A DNA stretch of 64,000 nucleotides, from NCBI GenBank assembly GCA_963803435.1, contig CAWDML010000006.1, forward strand, positions 1-64,000. Reading direction: 5' to 3'. The notes below the pieces were generated by a model, which was given only the letters and a program-made list of their open reading frames with translations, had not been told where the DNA came from and did not search any database. The translations under genes were made by a program, and so were the position numbers. The stretch is from an uncultured delta proteobacterium (GTDB lineage Bacteria; Myxococcota; Kuafuiibacteriia; Kuafuiibacteriales; Kuafuiibacteriaceae). Positions 52,335 through 62,279 of this stretch are shown here, one piece after another. Position 1 is the first letter of the stretch. Every line of letters begins with the position of its first letter.

Positions 52335-53350
52335 TCAGGCGGTCCGGCTCTGCCAGCGAGCGATGAGGTCGGCCTCGACGCCGGGATCCAGCCCGAGGCG
52401 CTTGAACCGCTTCTTGTCCTCGGGCCGTCGATCGTCCTTGAACCAGCGCCAGGTGTCGGCGACGGTCTCGACGAACGGACGGCTCAGGAGACCGGCCATG
52501 GCGGCACGCTCGACGCTGACATTCCACATCCCCGGCTCTGCTTCCCAGAGCGGCAGGTCCTTGGCGCTCTGCACCCCCTGGTGCAGCAGCCAGTCCTGAT
52601 CCGCCCATACGAACGTCGGGGCTGCTCCAACAGCCTCTGCACAAGCGTGGATCATCGCGCTGAAGCTGCGGCCTTCGGAACGCGCCCCAATGTTGAAGAC
52701 CCCGCTCGCTTCACGCTCGATCTGGTCGACCAGGAATTGCGCCACATCCTGGACGTCGATGGCCTGGATCCCGCGATCCGGCCCCGGCAACAGCACGGCC
52801 CCTGCACGGCGCATCCGATGCAGCCAGAACTGGATCGCGTCGGTGTCTTCGTATTGCCCGATCATTGCGTGGAGCCCGACCACGAGCAGTCGCTCGGCTC
52901 CGAGCGCGTCGCGGCAAGCGAGCTCGCGCAGCCGACCTTCAGCGTGCCGTACTGGCTGAGGTCCCACTCGGGCCCGGGATCGAATGTGGGGTCTCCCTCG
53001 ACGAGTGGGGAACTCTCGTCGACGGGCCCCCGCGGGAAGTCTCGGTAGACCGCTACAGAGGAGACGGAGACGTAGCGGGAGGTGAGGTCGGCCAGCGTTC
53101 TCGCGGTGTTTCCGACCACGGCGGGGATCTTTCCGGAGATGTCGACGATCGCATCCCATGGCCCGAACGAGGCCAGTCGGTGCAGATCCCCGGGATGGGC
53201 TCGATCTCCCTGAACCTGACGTACCGGCTCGGGAAGCGGACTCCGAGCCCGCCCTCGATTGAAGGCGGTGACCTCGAAGCCGCGCCGAATCGAGTCCGCG
53301 GCGATCAGGCGGCCGAGCAGCCATGAACCACCCAGCAACAGGAGGCGCAC
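52335..53350 (-). CDS. SDR epimerase/reductase, paralog of 29903-30919 (frameshift ~52925)
   Basis: Same N-terminus RLLLLGGSWLLGRLIAADSI and C-terminus KRLGLDP. Confidence 0.85.
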
Positions 53351-53410
53351 TCGATAAAGAATAGATGAGGGCAACTCGAGTGTCGAGGCGAAGGCTGGAC
53401 GGTCGCGCGC

Positions 53411-53770
53411 TCAGGTCGCTTCGCCGTGCCATGATGCTGTGGCGTCGGCGATGAAGCGTTGCATGGCGTCCTCGACGTCGGAGGGGTCGAGCCCGCTCTC
53501 CTCGAGGCGCTGCACCATCTGGAACCCGAAGTAGCGGTCGCCCGATATCTCGTGGTCCGGGTCCTTTCCAGCCAGGCGCGCGATGGTCGCTCCGATGGGG
53601 CGATGGGCGACGACCTCACGGTTTACCGCGAGCTGCGGATCCGGCTGGATCCAGTTCGGTTGGTTGGGCCACATGGCCCCTCCCCATTGCAGGAAGTGGT
53701 CGTGCACCAGGCTGAGGAGAGGGAGATCGAAGCGGGGCTCAAATTGGTACTGACCGAAGTCGACCAGGTC
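53411..53770 (-). pseudogene. C-terminal fragment of the SelO-like paralog
   Basis: LVDFGQYQFEPRF.LPLLSLVHD matches 28518-29843. Confidence 0.85.
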
Positions 53771-54430
53771 GGTGCGCTCGCCCACGAACGAGGGGAGGCG
53801 GGGCACGCCGGCGTCGGTCAGCTCCTGGTAGCGGAACGTGATCACCGCGCCGATGGCCGGTGGCTTCTCCCGCTCCCGATCCGAGAACCCGGTGCCGACC
53901 GAGAACGCCGTGCCGTCCTTCAGCTCCACTCGCAGCGCCCCCAACCGGCCCTTGTGCTTTCCGGTGCCCGGCAGGGGCGCGACCACCCGCGCCTCGGCGT
54001 CGTGGAAGCTCTTCACCTTGAGCAAGGTGGTGGGAGCGGCCGCTCACGTAGGACGAGCCGGGCTGACGGAGCATCAGCCCTTCGCCGCCGAGCTTTTCCA
54101 CCCGGTCCAGCTCCTCCTTGAGGTGGTCGAGGCCGCGGCAAGCCTGGTGCTCCACCGGCAGCGCGAAGTCGGGCGAGCGATCGTCCACCATCTCCTGGAT
54201 GAACTCCAGTCGGACCTCGAACGGCTGCTTCAGTCCGGGCGCATCGAAGATGAGGTATCGGAGCTGCTCCCAATGCTTGCTGCGATCCTGGCGCCGCACG
54301 ATGCTCACCGTCTTCTAGAACGCCCCGCGCGCCATCCACAGCTCGCCATCGAGGGGGTCGGTGGGGAGCCCTTCCACGAACCACTCGGGCGCCACGAAGG
54401 TGTTGCCCTGCCGGGAGATGAAGCGCGGCT
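53770..54430 (-). pseudogene. ATP-dependent DNA ligase fragment (lacks motif I; stop and frameshifts)
   Basis: SRQGN, LDGELW, IFDAP, GEGLMLR, LKVK, VGTGFSD, VPR.PSF. Confidence 0.85.
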
Positions 54431-54566
54431 CTTCGAGCTGGCGCGGCGGGCCCGGATCGAGCCCGAAGAGCTGGGGCAGAGCGTCGAGGGACGTCCGATC
54501 CTGGCGGTGAAGCTTCCGGCGAAGGAGTCGGCGCAAGCGACAGTCCTCCTGGCGGGCAACATTCAC
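54430..54566 (+). pseudogene. Possible M14 carboxypeptidase fragment
   Basis: LGQSVEGRPILAVK...VLLAGNIH. Confidence 0.5.
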
Positions 54567-54750
54567 CAGCCTGTAGCGCCGTGGCGCGCCCAATTGTCGT
54601 AGTCGCGATCCATGCCGCGCGACCACACCAGCGCGTTAATCGAGCTGCCGCCGCCCAGCACGCGCCCGAGGGCCATGTTGAACGGGCGGTTGTTGAGCTG
54701 CGGGACGGGGGCGATGGGGCCCCAGCTCTGGATCGTGGACGAGGTCTCGA
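54566..54750 (-). pseudogene. GMC oxidoreductase fragment
   Basis: PQLNNR...GRVLGGGSSINALVWSRG...YDNW...GATGW. Confidence 0.75.
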
Positions 54751-55033
54751 TAGCAGTAAGACCGGCTTCTTGTCCTCGATCGTTTCTCGGAGTCGGGATT
54801 GATCCTGCGCAGTGTCGAGCCGCAGCGACGGGACCTGGACGGCCTCAATCGGCAGATCTTCGAGCCGCAGTTCGCGATGGCGCGCGATCCCTTCGAGCCG
54901 CGAGCGGACGATATGATTGGCGTCTTCGGCGAGATAGATGAGCACGTTCCCGCTGCGACGGACCTCGAAGCGATCGCGGCACGCCGAGTTGCTCGCCACC
55001 GAGACGGCGAGGTCGAGACCGAGCCAGCTCTTA
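54750..55033 (-). pseudogene. AAA_25 ATPase, segment downstream of RIT copy 2, truncated
   Basis: Near-identical to 3432-3716 in inverted orientation. Confidence 0.88.
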
Positions 55034-55179
55034 CAGCATTATCCCGCGTCCCGATTTATGCCGCGCGCTACGATTCTTGATTGCCACGTGGATGGGGGAG
55101 TCCCTCTCGGTGGTGATCGACGCGGCATAACCAGGTCTCGTCTCCTGCCCGGCGATCGACGCCGGACGAAGGAGACGAC

Positions 55180-56418
55180 ATGCTGGAACAACTCTTCACG
55201 GCGCACTATGCAGCGCCCCGTTTGTGCTCGAGTCCTCTCGGGCCGTGGCTCGACTCATTCGTCGAAAGACTTTCTGGGCTTGGATACACGCCCGGCTCCT
55301 GCCGATCGTACGTGGTGCTTGCAGCGGATCTCGGTCGGTGGATGGCTGAGAGCGCCCTGCCGATCGCGAGTCTCGACGAGTCCGCGATCGAGGCTTACCT
55401 CGACGCCCGCGGAACGCAGCGCGAGCGTCGGCGGTGTGCATCTAACCACGCTCTTGCGCATCTGCGTGCGGAGGGCGTCGCCGCTCAGGGAGAGGTCCAC
55501 CACGATCGATCTGCCGCGACCGTTCTCGGTGAGCGCTACGCCATGTGCATGCGGAAGCAGCGCGGCGCCGCTGATGGGACGGTTGACGGTTACTTTGCAG
55601 TGGTCCGCGATTTCCTCGGCCACCGCTTCGGCAGTGGCGATCCGGACGTCGCTGCCCTCACGGCGTCGGATATCGCGGAGTACCTGGCCGGACGAGCTCT
55701 CACGCTTTCGCCGAAGAGGATGGCCTATCTCGCGTCGGCGCTGCGCTCGTTTTTCCGCTTCCTCTTCGCCCACGGTGAGACCGCAACGGATCTGTCAGCG
55801 GCGACGCCGATAGCTCAGTTGCGGCACCGCGCAACGGTCCCTCGCTACCTCTCGCCTCCGGAGGTCAGGAGGCTGCTCGACAGCTGCGATGTGGACACCT
55901 CGGCTGGGAGGAGGAATCGGGCGATCCTGCTTCTGCTGGTCCGCCTCGGCCTCCGTGCCGGAGAGGTAGCCGCGCTCGAGCTCGACGACATTCGCTGGAA
56001 GTCGGCGGAGCTCGTCGTTCATGGAAAAGGAAGCCGGGTTGATCGCCTTCCTCTTTTGTCCGACGTCGGAGAGGCAATCGCGCTCTACTTGAGAAACGAC
56101 CGTCCAGCCGACGTCGTCACTCGTCGGGTGTTTCTGCGGCTCTGTGCACCGGTGCGGGAGATCGGCGGGCGCGAAGCAATCAGCACCGTCGTGCGGACCA
56201 GTTTGGCAAAGGCAGGGCTAAACCCGCTCGTGCGGGGGGCACATCTGCTGCGGCACTCCCTCGGAACGCAGATGATCCGAGATGGTGCGTCGATGGCCGA
56301 GATCGCTGAGGTCCTTCGGCATCAGTGTCCGGACTCGACTGCCATCTACGCAAAGGTCGATTTCGACGCCTTGCGAGGTCTGGCTCAACCATGGCCGGCG
56401 ATGGGAGGCGGACGATGA
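55180..56418 (+). CDS. Tyrosine recombinase RitA (intact)
   Basis: AAGGAG RBS, ATG, catalytic motifs. Confidence 0.92.
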   Translation: MLEQLFTAHYAAPRLCSSPLGPWLDSFVERLSGLGYTPGSCRSYVVLAADLGRWMAESALPIASLDESAIEAYLDARGTQRERRRCASNHALAHLRAEGVAAQGEVHHDRSAATVLGERYAMCMRKQRGAADGTVDGYFAVVRDFLGHRFGSGDPDVAALTASDIAEYLAGRALTLSPKRMAYLASALRSFFRFLFAHGETATDLSAATPIAQLRHRATVPRYLSPPEVRRLLDSCDVDTSAGRRNRAILLLLVRLGLRAGEVAALELDDIRWKSAELVVHGKGSRVDRLPLLSDVGEAIALYLRNDRPADVVTRRVFLRLCAPVREIGGREAISTVVRTSLAKAGLNPLVRGAHLLRHSLGTQMIRDGASMAEIAEVLRHQCPDSTAIYAKVDFDALRGLAQPWPAMGGGR

Positions 56419-57362
56419 ACGACCTCTGGAAGGCACTCGAGGAGTATCTCGCTGTCCGTCGTGCGCTGGGGTTCAAGCTTCGCCAGACGGAGCGTTTCCT
56501 TCGGAAGTTTGTACATTTCGCCGAGACGGAGGGTGCCTCCGTCATCACGACGAAGCTCGCTCTGCGATGGGCGCAGGAGGATCCAGCAGCCGCTTCTGTT
56601 ATTCACTCCGATCGACTGGCCATGGTCCGGCGGTTCGCCGCTTGGAGAAGCGCCGACGATCCTCGTACCGAGATTCCACCTCCGAGGCTCCTACCGCGGC
56701 GATACCGAAGGCCAGCCCCGTACATCTACACCGACGACGAGATCGACCGCATCATCATCGCCGCTGCGTCCCTCCCGTCGAACCACGGACTGCGCGGGCT
56801 GACATGCTCGACTCTATATGGGCTCCTCGCCGTCACGGGCATGCGCATAGGCGAGGCGGTCGCTCTCGACCGCGACGACGTGGATCTGCGGACCGGCATC
56901 GTCGCCGTGCGCGAAGGAAAGCTTGGGAAGACCCGCTTCATCCCGGTCCATGTCAGTACGGCGAAAGCTCTGGAAGACTACTCGACGAAGAGAGACGCGC
57001 TTCTGGGCACGCGGATGACGTCCGCCTTCTTCGTGTCGGATCGCGGTCGTCGCCTGTCGGCGTTCACTGCAGGGGAGAACTTCGTCAAGGTCTTGCAAAC
57101 GATCGGGCTCCGCGTGCCCACCCCGGACGGTGGTCGCGGCCGTGGACCACGCGTGCACGATCTCCGCCATCGATTCGCAGTCTCCACGCTCATTCACTGG
57201 TACCGCGCCGGAGCCGATGTCGATCTCGAGATCCCAAAGCTGGCCACCTTTCTCGGGCACATGGGCCCCAAGGAGGTCTACTGGTACCTGCAGGCGGTTC
57301 CCGAGCTGCTTGAGCTCGCGACCCAGCGATCCCGATCAACGGGATCGGGTGGTGCACCATGA
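56415..57362 (+). CDS. Tyrosine recombinase RitB
   Basis: Same translation as copy 1. Confidence 0.92.
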   Translation: MNDLWKALEEYLAVRRALGFKLRQTERFLRKFVHFAETEGASVITTKLALRWAQEDPAAASVIHSDRLAMVRRFAAWRSADDPRTEIPPPRLLPRRYRRPAPYIYTDDEIDRIIIAAASLPSNHGLRGLTCSTLYGLLAVTGMRIGEAVALDRDDVDLRTGIVAVREGKLGKTRFIPVHVSTAKALEDYSTKRDALLGTRMTSAFFVSDRGRRLSAFTAGENFVKVLQTIGLRVPTPDGGRGRGPRVHDLRHRFAVSTLIHWYRAGADVDLEIPKLATFLGHMGPKEVYWYLQAVPELLELATQRSRSTGSGGAP

Positions 57363-58354
57363 GCACCGCCGCGACTCTCGCCGCTCTCGTGCAAGGATTC
57401 TTCACGGAACGCCTGCTTCACCAGATGCGGGCCAGTCCGAACACCGTTGCTGCATACCGAGATGCGTTCCGCCTTTTGCTCCGGTACGCCTCGAACACCC
57501 TCGGAAAGGAACCCGCGGAGCTCGCCATCGATGATCTCGTTCCGGCTTTGGTGATCGACTTCCTGGACGACCTCGAATCGCAACGCGGGAACCAGGTGCG
57601 GACGCGGAATAATCGGCTCGCTGCGATCCGCTCCTTCTTTCGCTACGTCGCGATGAACGAGCCGGCGCACGCTCTGCAATGCCAGCGCATCCTTGCCATC
57701 CCACAGAAGCGCCAGCAGAAGAAGGCCATCGAGTTTCTCGAGCACGAAGAGATCGAATCCCTGGTGGCAGCTCCCGATCCTTCGACCTGGCTTGGGCGAC
57801 GCGACAGGATGATCCTCCTCGTTCTGGCTCAGACAGGTCTTCGCGTTTCAGAGCTCACCTCACTGCGACGTGGAAGCGTCGTTCTAGGAGCGAGTGCTCA
57901 CGTCCGCTGCGAGGGTAAGGGGCGCAAGCAACGTTCTATTCCCCTGCGCCGGGAGGTGGCTGGAGCGCTCGCGACGTGGATCGAGGAGGAGAGCCTCGCG
58001 GCGGAGGACTATCTCTTCCCGAGCAGCCGTGGCGGCCGGATCAGCATGGACGCAGTACAGCGCCTGGTGAAGAAGCACGCGCGCGCGGCCACAACTCCGT
58101 CGATTGCCGAGAAAGACGTCACTCCTCACGTGCTGAGGCACTCCACGGCGATGGCGTTACGCGAGCGGGGGGTGGACCTGAGCGTGATCGCATTGTGGCT
58201 GGGCCATGAGTCGATCGACACGACGCAAATGTATCTCCACGCCGACATCAAGCTGAAGGAACGAGCGCTCGCACGAACCAAGGCGATCCATGACGGCGCT
58301 GAGGGGCGCTTCCAGCCAGAAGACGAGCTGATGGCGTACCTCGACCGTCTATGA
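57359..58354 (+). CDS. Tyrosine recombinase RitC
   Basis: Same translation as copy 1. Confidence 0.92.
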   Translation: MSTAATLAALVQGFFTERLLHQMRASPNTVAAYRDAFRLLLRYASNTLGKEPAELAIDDLVPALVIDFLDDLESQRGNQVRTRNNRLAAIRSFFRYVAMNEPAHALQCQRILAIPQKRQQKKAIEFLEHEEIESLVAAPDPSTWLGRRDRMILLVLAQTGLRVSELTSLRRGSVVLGASAHVRCEGKGRKQRSIPLRREVAGALATWIEEESLAAEDYLFPSSRGGRISMDAVQRLVKKHARAATTPSIAEKDVTPHVLRHSTAMALRERGVDLSVIALWLGHESIDTTQMYLHADIKLKERALARTKAIHDGAEGRFQPEDELMAYLDRL

Positions 58355-58447
58355 TTATGCCGCGTCGTACAGTCGGCTCGCTCTATTGAACGGCGTCCTC
58401 TCCAGCCGCCTGTCGTTCGACGCGGCATAAATCGGGACGCGGGATAA

Positions 58448-58479
58448 TGCTGCTTGTGCCGCGCGCGGCACAAGCAGCA
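58448..58479. repeat. Perfect 32-bp palindrome adjoining RIT
   Basis: tgctgcttgtgccgcg|cgcggcacaagcagca; the same sequence is partly visible at 1-21. Confidence 0.95.
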
Positions 58480-58596
58480 CTTGGGAGCGCCGCCGATGAT
58501 GCCGACGCCGGTCCGCGCCCAGAGCTGATCGACGAGCCAGCCATTGGCGTGCTGATCTTCGAGACAGTGGGCGCGGACGGTGGGAAGCGGCGCCAT
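58475..58596 (-). pseudogene. AAA_25 ATPase 5' segment up to Walker A
   Basis: WLVDQLWARTGVGIIGGAPKCC. Confidence 0.85.
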
Positions 58597-58597
58597 G

Positions 58598-59421
58598 TCA
58601 GGCGACGTCCGGGAGCGCGAGGCTCAGATCGTCGACGGCGGCCTCCATGGTGCTGTCGACGATGAAGCTCTGTCCGCGCTCCTCAGCGAGGATGAGCGCC
58701 GTCCGCAAGATCCTCGACGCATTTCTGGGGATGCCGCGGCTGGCGCGAAAGAGCAGCTCGAGCGCCTGATCGCCGAGGACCTTCTCGGTGGCGCCGGCGA
58801 CCGAGAGCGCGTGGTGGATGAAGGGCTCGAAGAGATCATGACCGAGCGGATCGAGATGGATGGAGGCAGCGATGCGCGAGGCGAGCGCGGCGTGCTGTTG
58901 CATGGCGAGCGTGCGGCGGAGCGGCGGGAGTCCGACCAGCCAGAGGGTGAGGATATCGCGCGAGTCGAAGCAGAAACTGAGGAAGCCGGAGAGATCGAGG
59001 AGGAAGCGATCGGAGAGGTGCTGCGCCTCGTCGACGACGACCACCGGCGCGGTGCCGCGCTCGTCGACGAGATGGAGCAGCGACTTCTTGATGTCGGTCC
59101 AGAGCAGCGATCGACGATGTGATGGCGTCACGCCCAGCTCGACGGCGAGTGTTCGATAGAGATCGAGCGGCGAGACCGCGGTGTCGCAGATGTACACCAC
59201 GAGATAGTCGGGCTTAGGCAGCTGGCCGCAGAGATTCCTCATGGCGGCGGTCTTCCCAACGCCGGACTGGCATCGACGATGCCAAGACCGGGCTCTTCGG
59301 TGAGCCGGCGAAATGCGCGCTCGAGACGTTTGTAGGCGGGCGTCTCTTCGAAGAAGGTCTTGCCCTTGGCGTCCTTCGGGATCGGTGTGCTCTTGAGACC
59401 AAAGCGTTGTCGGTACTTCAT
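58598..59421 (-). CDS. ExeA-like AAA+ ATPase, paralog of 20468-21283 (frameshift ~59270)
   Basis: YRQRFGL..PKDAKGKTF, GVGKTAAMRNLC, VVDEAQHL. Confidence 0.85.
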
Positions 59422-59810
59422 GAATGGTCCTCCTCGTCGCGCGCGCGCTTGGGCCGCGGATCTGCGCCCACGGGGCGCGTGCGTCGATAGTGTTCGTCTT
59501 GGATGAGCGAGAGCGGATCGATGCCGCTCGGCTCGGTTTTGGGAACGGCGTCGCCTTGCGGGCGCAGCCGTCGTCGTGTGGTGTTTCGTTGTCGATCGAG
59601 CAGGACGGTGTCCGATACGAATCGCCGATCCTTGAAGACGCGGGGGAGCGCGTGCTCGTCGGTGGGATCGAAACGAAGCTCGACCTCTTCGCCGACCAGC
59701 TCGGGGCGGACCTCGAGCAGCTGGCCTTTGAAGCGAACCGTGCCGTCCTTTCGGACCTTGCGTTTCTCACGATGGAGACAGACTTCGTCGAGATCAGCGG
59801 CTTTCACGCG
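59418..59810 (-). pseudogene. DDE transposase C-terminal fragment, paralog of 19127-20464
   Basis: RKVRKDGTVRFKG..LEVR.EL.G..VELRFDPTD. Confidence 0.85.
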
Positions 59811-59829
59811 GCGCTTCCACCGCGATACC

Positions 59830-60096
59830 CTAGGAGCTCCGGACGTACTCGGTCGGACCGTCGAGCGCCGGATGGTTGGCGGGCAGGCCGGCTGCGATCC
59901 AGGCCTGCTTCGTCAGGTGGGTCCGCGCGAGGTCGATGCGATCGACAGCGTCCCTGGCCCAGGTCGGCGCCGGCGCCGGCGCGGTCCGTACTGGATCGGG
60001 CGCCGCCGAGGCGAGCTCGGCCGGTCCGTCACATCCGAGCGCGATCAACAAGGCGAGAGGTAAGGTTCGGCGAGCGAACCGCGTCTGAGGCTTCAT
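59830..60096 (-). pseudogene. Lipoprotein N-terminal fragment
   Basis: Signal peptide with IALG-C lipobox; GGAG RBS; ends near the transposase junction. Confidence 0.5.
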
Positions 60097-60259
60097 GTTT
60101 GTCTGATCTCCTTCGGCCGATCATTCGGCTCGTTGTTGTTTCAGGAGCCTCTTCCACGGAGCGTGCCGATCCGAACGGACGGCATCGCGGTCTCGCCGAG
60201 GGACGAGCTCGGCAACCGATTGCAGCCCAGGTGCAGGCGACGGCGAGGGGACGCTCCCT

Positions 60260-61610
60260 CTACTCCGGCTTGTCGCGGATCCCCAGTGTCTTGATCTTGT
60301 GAGCGAGCGTCCGGTAGGGGAGGTTCAGCTTCTCGGCCGCCCTCGGCTTGCTGTAGTCGCAGGCCTCGAGCGCGGCCTCGATCAAGCGGACCTCGTACTC
60401 GCGCACCTGATCGCGAAGGTCACCATCCCCCTCGGCGCCCTGCTCTTGCGGCAGAGACGGGTCGTCGCTCTCCAGCGCGCGGTCGACGACCTCGTCGACC
60501 GTCACCTGGGCGAGGCCGCGGTTTCGGACGACGACGTGTCGGACCAGGTTCGCGAGCTGGCGGACGTTGCCAGGCCACGGCGCGAGGATGAAGCGGGCCG
60601 CGAGGCTCGAGGGGAACCACAGCGCCGACGCCTCTTGCTGCCCCTCCAGCCGCTCCAGCTCTTTGGTCTCCTCGAGCGCCCGCTGGAGGAAGTGCGCCAG
60701 CAGACGTCCGATGTCGGCGCGACGCTGGCGGAGCTGCGGCAGCTCGATCTGGAGGCTCGAGAGGCGGAACCAAAGCGGCTCGCGGAAGCGGCCCTCGGCG
60801 ACCATTCGCTCGAGATCCGCGTCCGTCGCCGTCACCACGCGCACGTCGACGCGCTCCGTGCTCGCGGCGCCGACCGGCTGCACCTCCGAAGACTCGAGGA
60901 AGCGCAGGAGCATCGGCTGGATCTCGGGCGTGAGCTCACCGATCTCGTCGAGGAAGATCGTGCCCCCAATCGCACGGCCGAAGTAGCCGGGGTGGTCGGC
61001 GTCCGCGCCGGAGAAGGCGCCCTTTGTATGGCCGAAGAGCTCCGAGGCGGCGACGCTGCCCGGGATGGCCGACATGTTCACGGCCACGAATGGGCCGTCG
61101 CGCCGAGGGCCGGCGTCGTGGATCGCGCGCGCGGCGAGCTCCTTGCCCGTGCCGGTCGCGCCGCGGATCAGCACGGCGCCCGAGAGATCGGCGACGCTCC
61201 GGATCTGACGTCGCACCTGCTCAATCGCAGCGGTCCCCCCGACCAGGCCGAGCGGATCCTCGGATAGCTCGATGACCGGGCTCTGCTCGAGCACGAGGAC
61301 GACGCGGCCGCCGAGCTCGATCACGGCGCCGCGCGCGAGCTCCTCCCGACCAAGGCCGATCCGATCCGTCAACCGCCGGCCCTCGACCGAGACCTGGAGG
61401 CCGGCCTCGCTGTCGAGCTCGACGCGCCCGCCCTTACGCTCGATCTTCAGCGCCTTCCGGGAGACGTACGGATCGACCAGCGGAAGCTGATCGAAGCACG
61501 GCTCGGTTCGGCTGACGAGGACCATCTCGTCGCCGTTCACGAACAGCCGCACCGTCTCGCCGATGCGCCGGACGTCCGGGTGATAGGCGATGGTGAGGCG
61601 AAGCTCCGTT
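60260..61610 (-). CDS. Sigma54-dependent Fis-family activator with FHA-like N-terminus (start uncertain)
   Basis: GATGTGKE, SELFGHTKGAFSGA, IFLDEIGE, WPGNVRQL, C-terminal HTH. Confidence 0.9.
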
Positions 61611-61820
61611 CAATCGGCGGGCCGTTCCAGCTCTTCGCGCGTGCTCGGGCGGGTCGGCCCGAAGAGGTCCTCCAGCTTGCCCCCGCGATCCGGCACTCGA
61701 CCGGCGAAGCCTAGCCTCGGGACCGGAACGTCGCAACGGGGCGCGGCTGGGAGCGTGTAGCGCGTAGCGCTACCGCGAGCCCGGTCCGGGTCCCGGTCCC
61801 GGTCCCGGTCCCGATGGCGA

Positions 61821-62189
61821 TCATGCAGCCCGGCGTGCGTTCATCGACTTGATGAGGCGCGTGAGCATCTCGACAACGCGCTTGAGCTTGGCTCTGGCGG
61901 CTTGGACCTTCTGCTCGTTGGCGAGTCGGCGCCTCAAGCAGGTGTGGAGTGAGGCGGCGCTTTCGGTGCCAGAGCGAAGTGCCATCCGGTAGAAGCGAGC
62001 CTTCTCAGGTGGATTGAACTCTCCGGCGCCCTCGGCGGTGTTGTTCACGATGGAATCGGATGCCCGCCGAAGCTGATCGCGGACGTGAGCGTGACCGGGT
62101 TGCAGTTCTTGTGCGATCTCTTCAGCGATGTCGGCATACTCGACGGCGAGCTGGTAGACCTCGAGCTTCTCGTGATCGAAAGTGGCCAT
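61821..62189 (-). CDS. Four-helix-bundle protein (23S rRNA IVP / Avd-like family)
   Basis: FDHEKLEVYQLA, DQLRRAS.SI..N.AEG, ALRSGTESAA, MLTRL. Confidence 0.88.
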   Translation of the reverse strand: MATFDHEKLEVYQLAVEYADIAEEIAQELQPGHAHVRDQLRRASDSIVNNTAEGAGEFNPPEKARFYRMALRSGTESAASLHTCLRRRLANEQKVQAARAKLKRVVEMLTRLIKSMNARRAA

Positions 62190-62279
62190 GCAAGCTAGCT
62201 TGCGGTAGCTCGTCCACTTTGACCAGCAGAAGTTCTTGGAGGTCGTTTCGTCTGGAATCGATCGTTGGGCGGATCGAAT

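Larger units (their letters stand above)
55034..58452 (+). mobile_element. RIT element, copy 2
   Basis: Same 32-bp IRs (55034-55065, 58421-58452); nearly identical to copy 1. Confidence 0.93.

Noticed and set aside
61821-62189. Diversity-generating retroelement (Avd)
   Set aside because: No reverse transcriptase and no template/variable repeat pair seen
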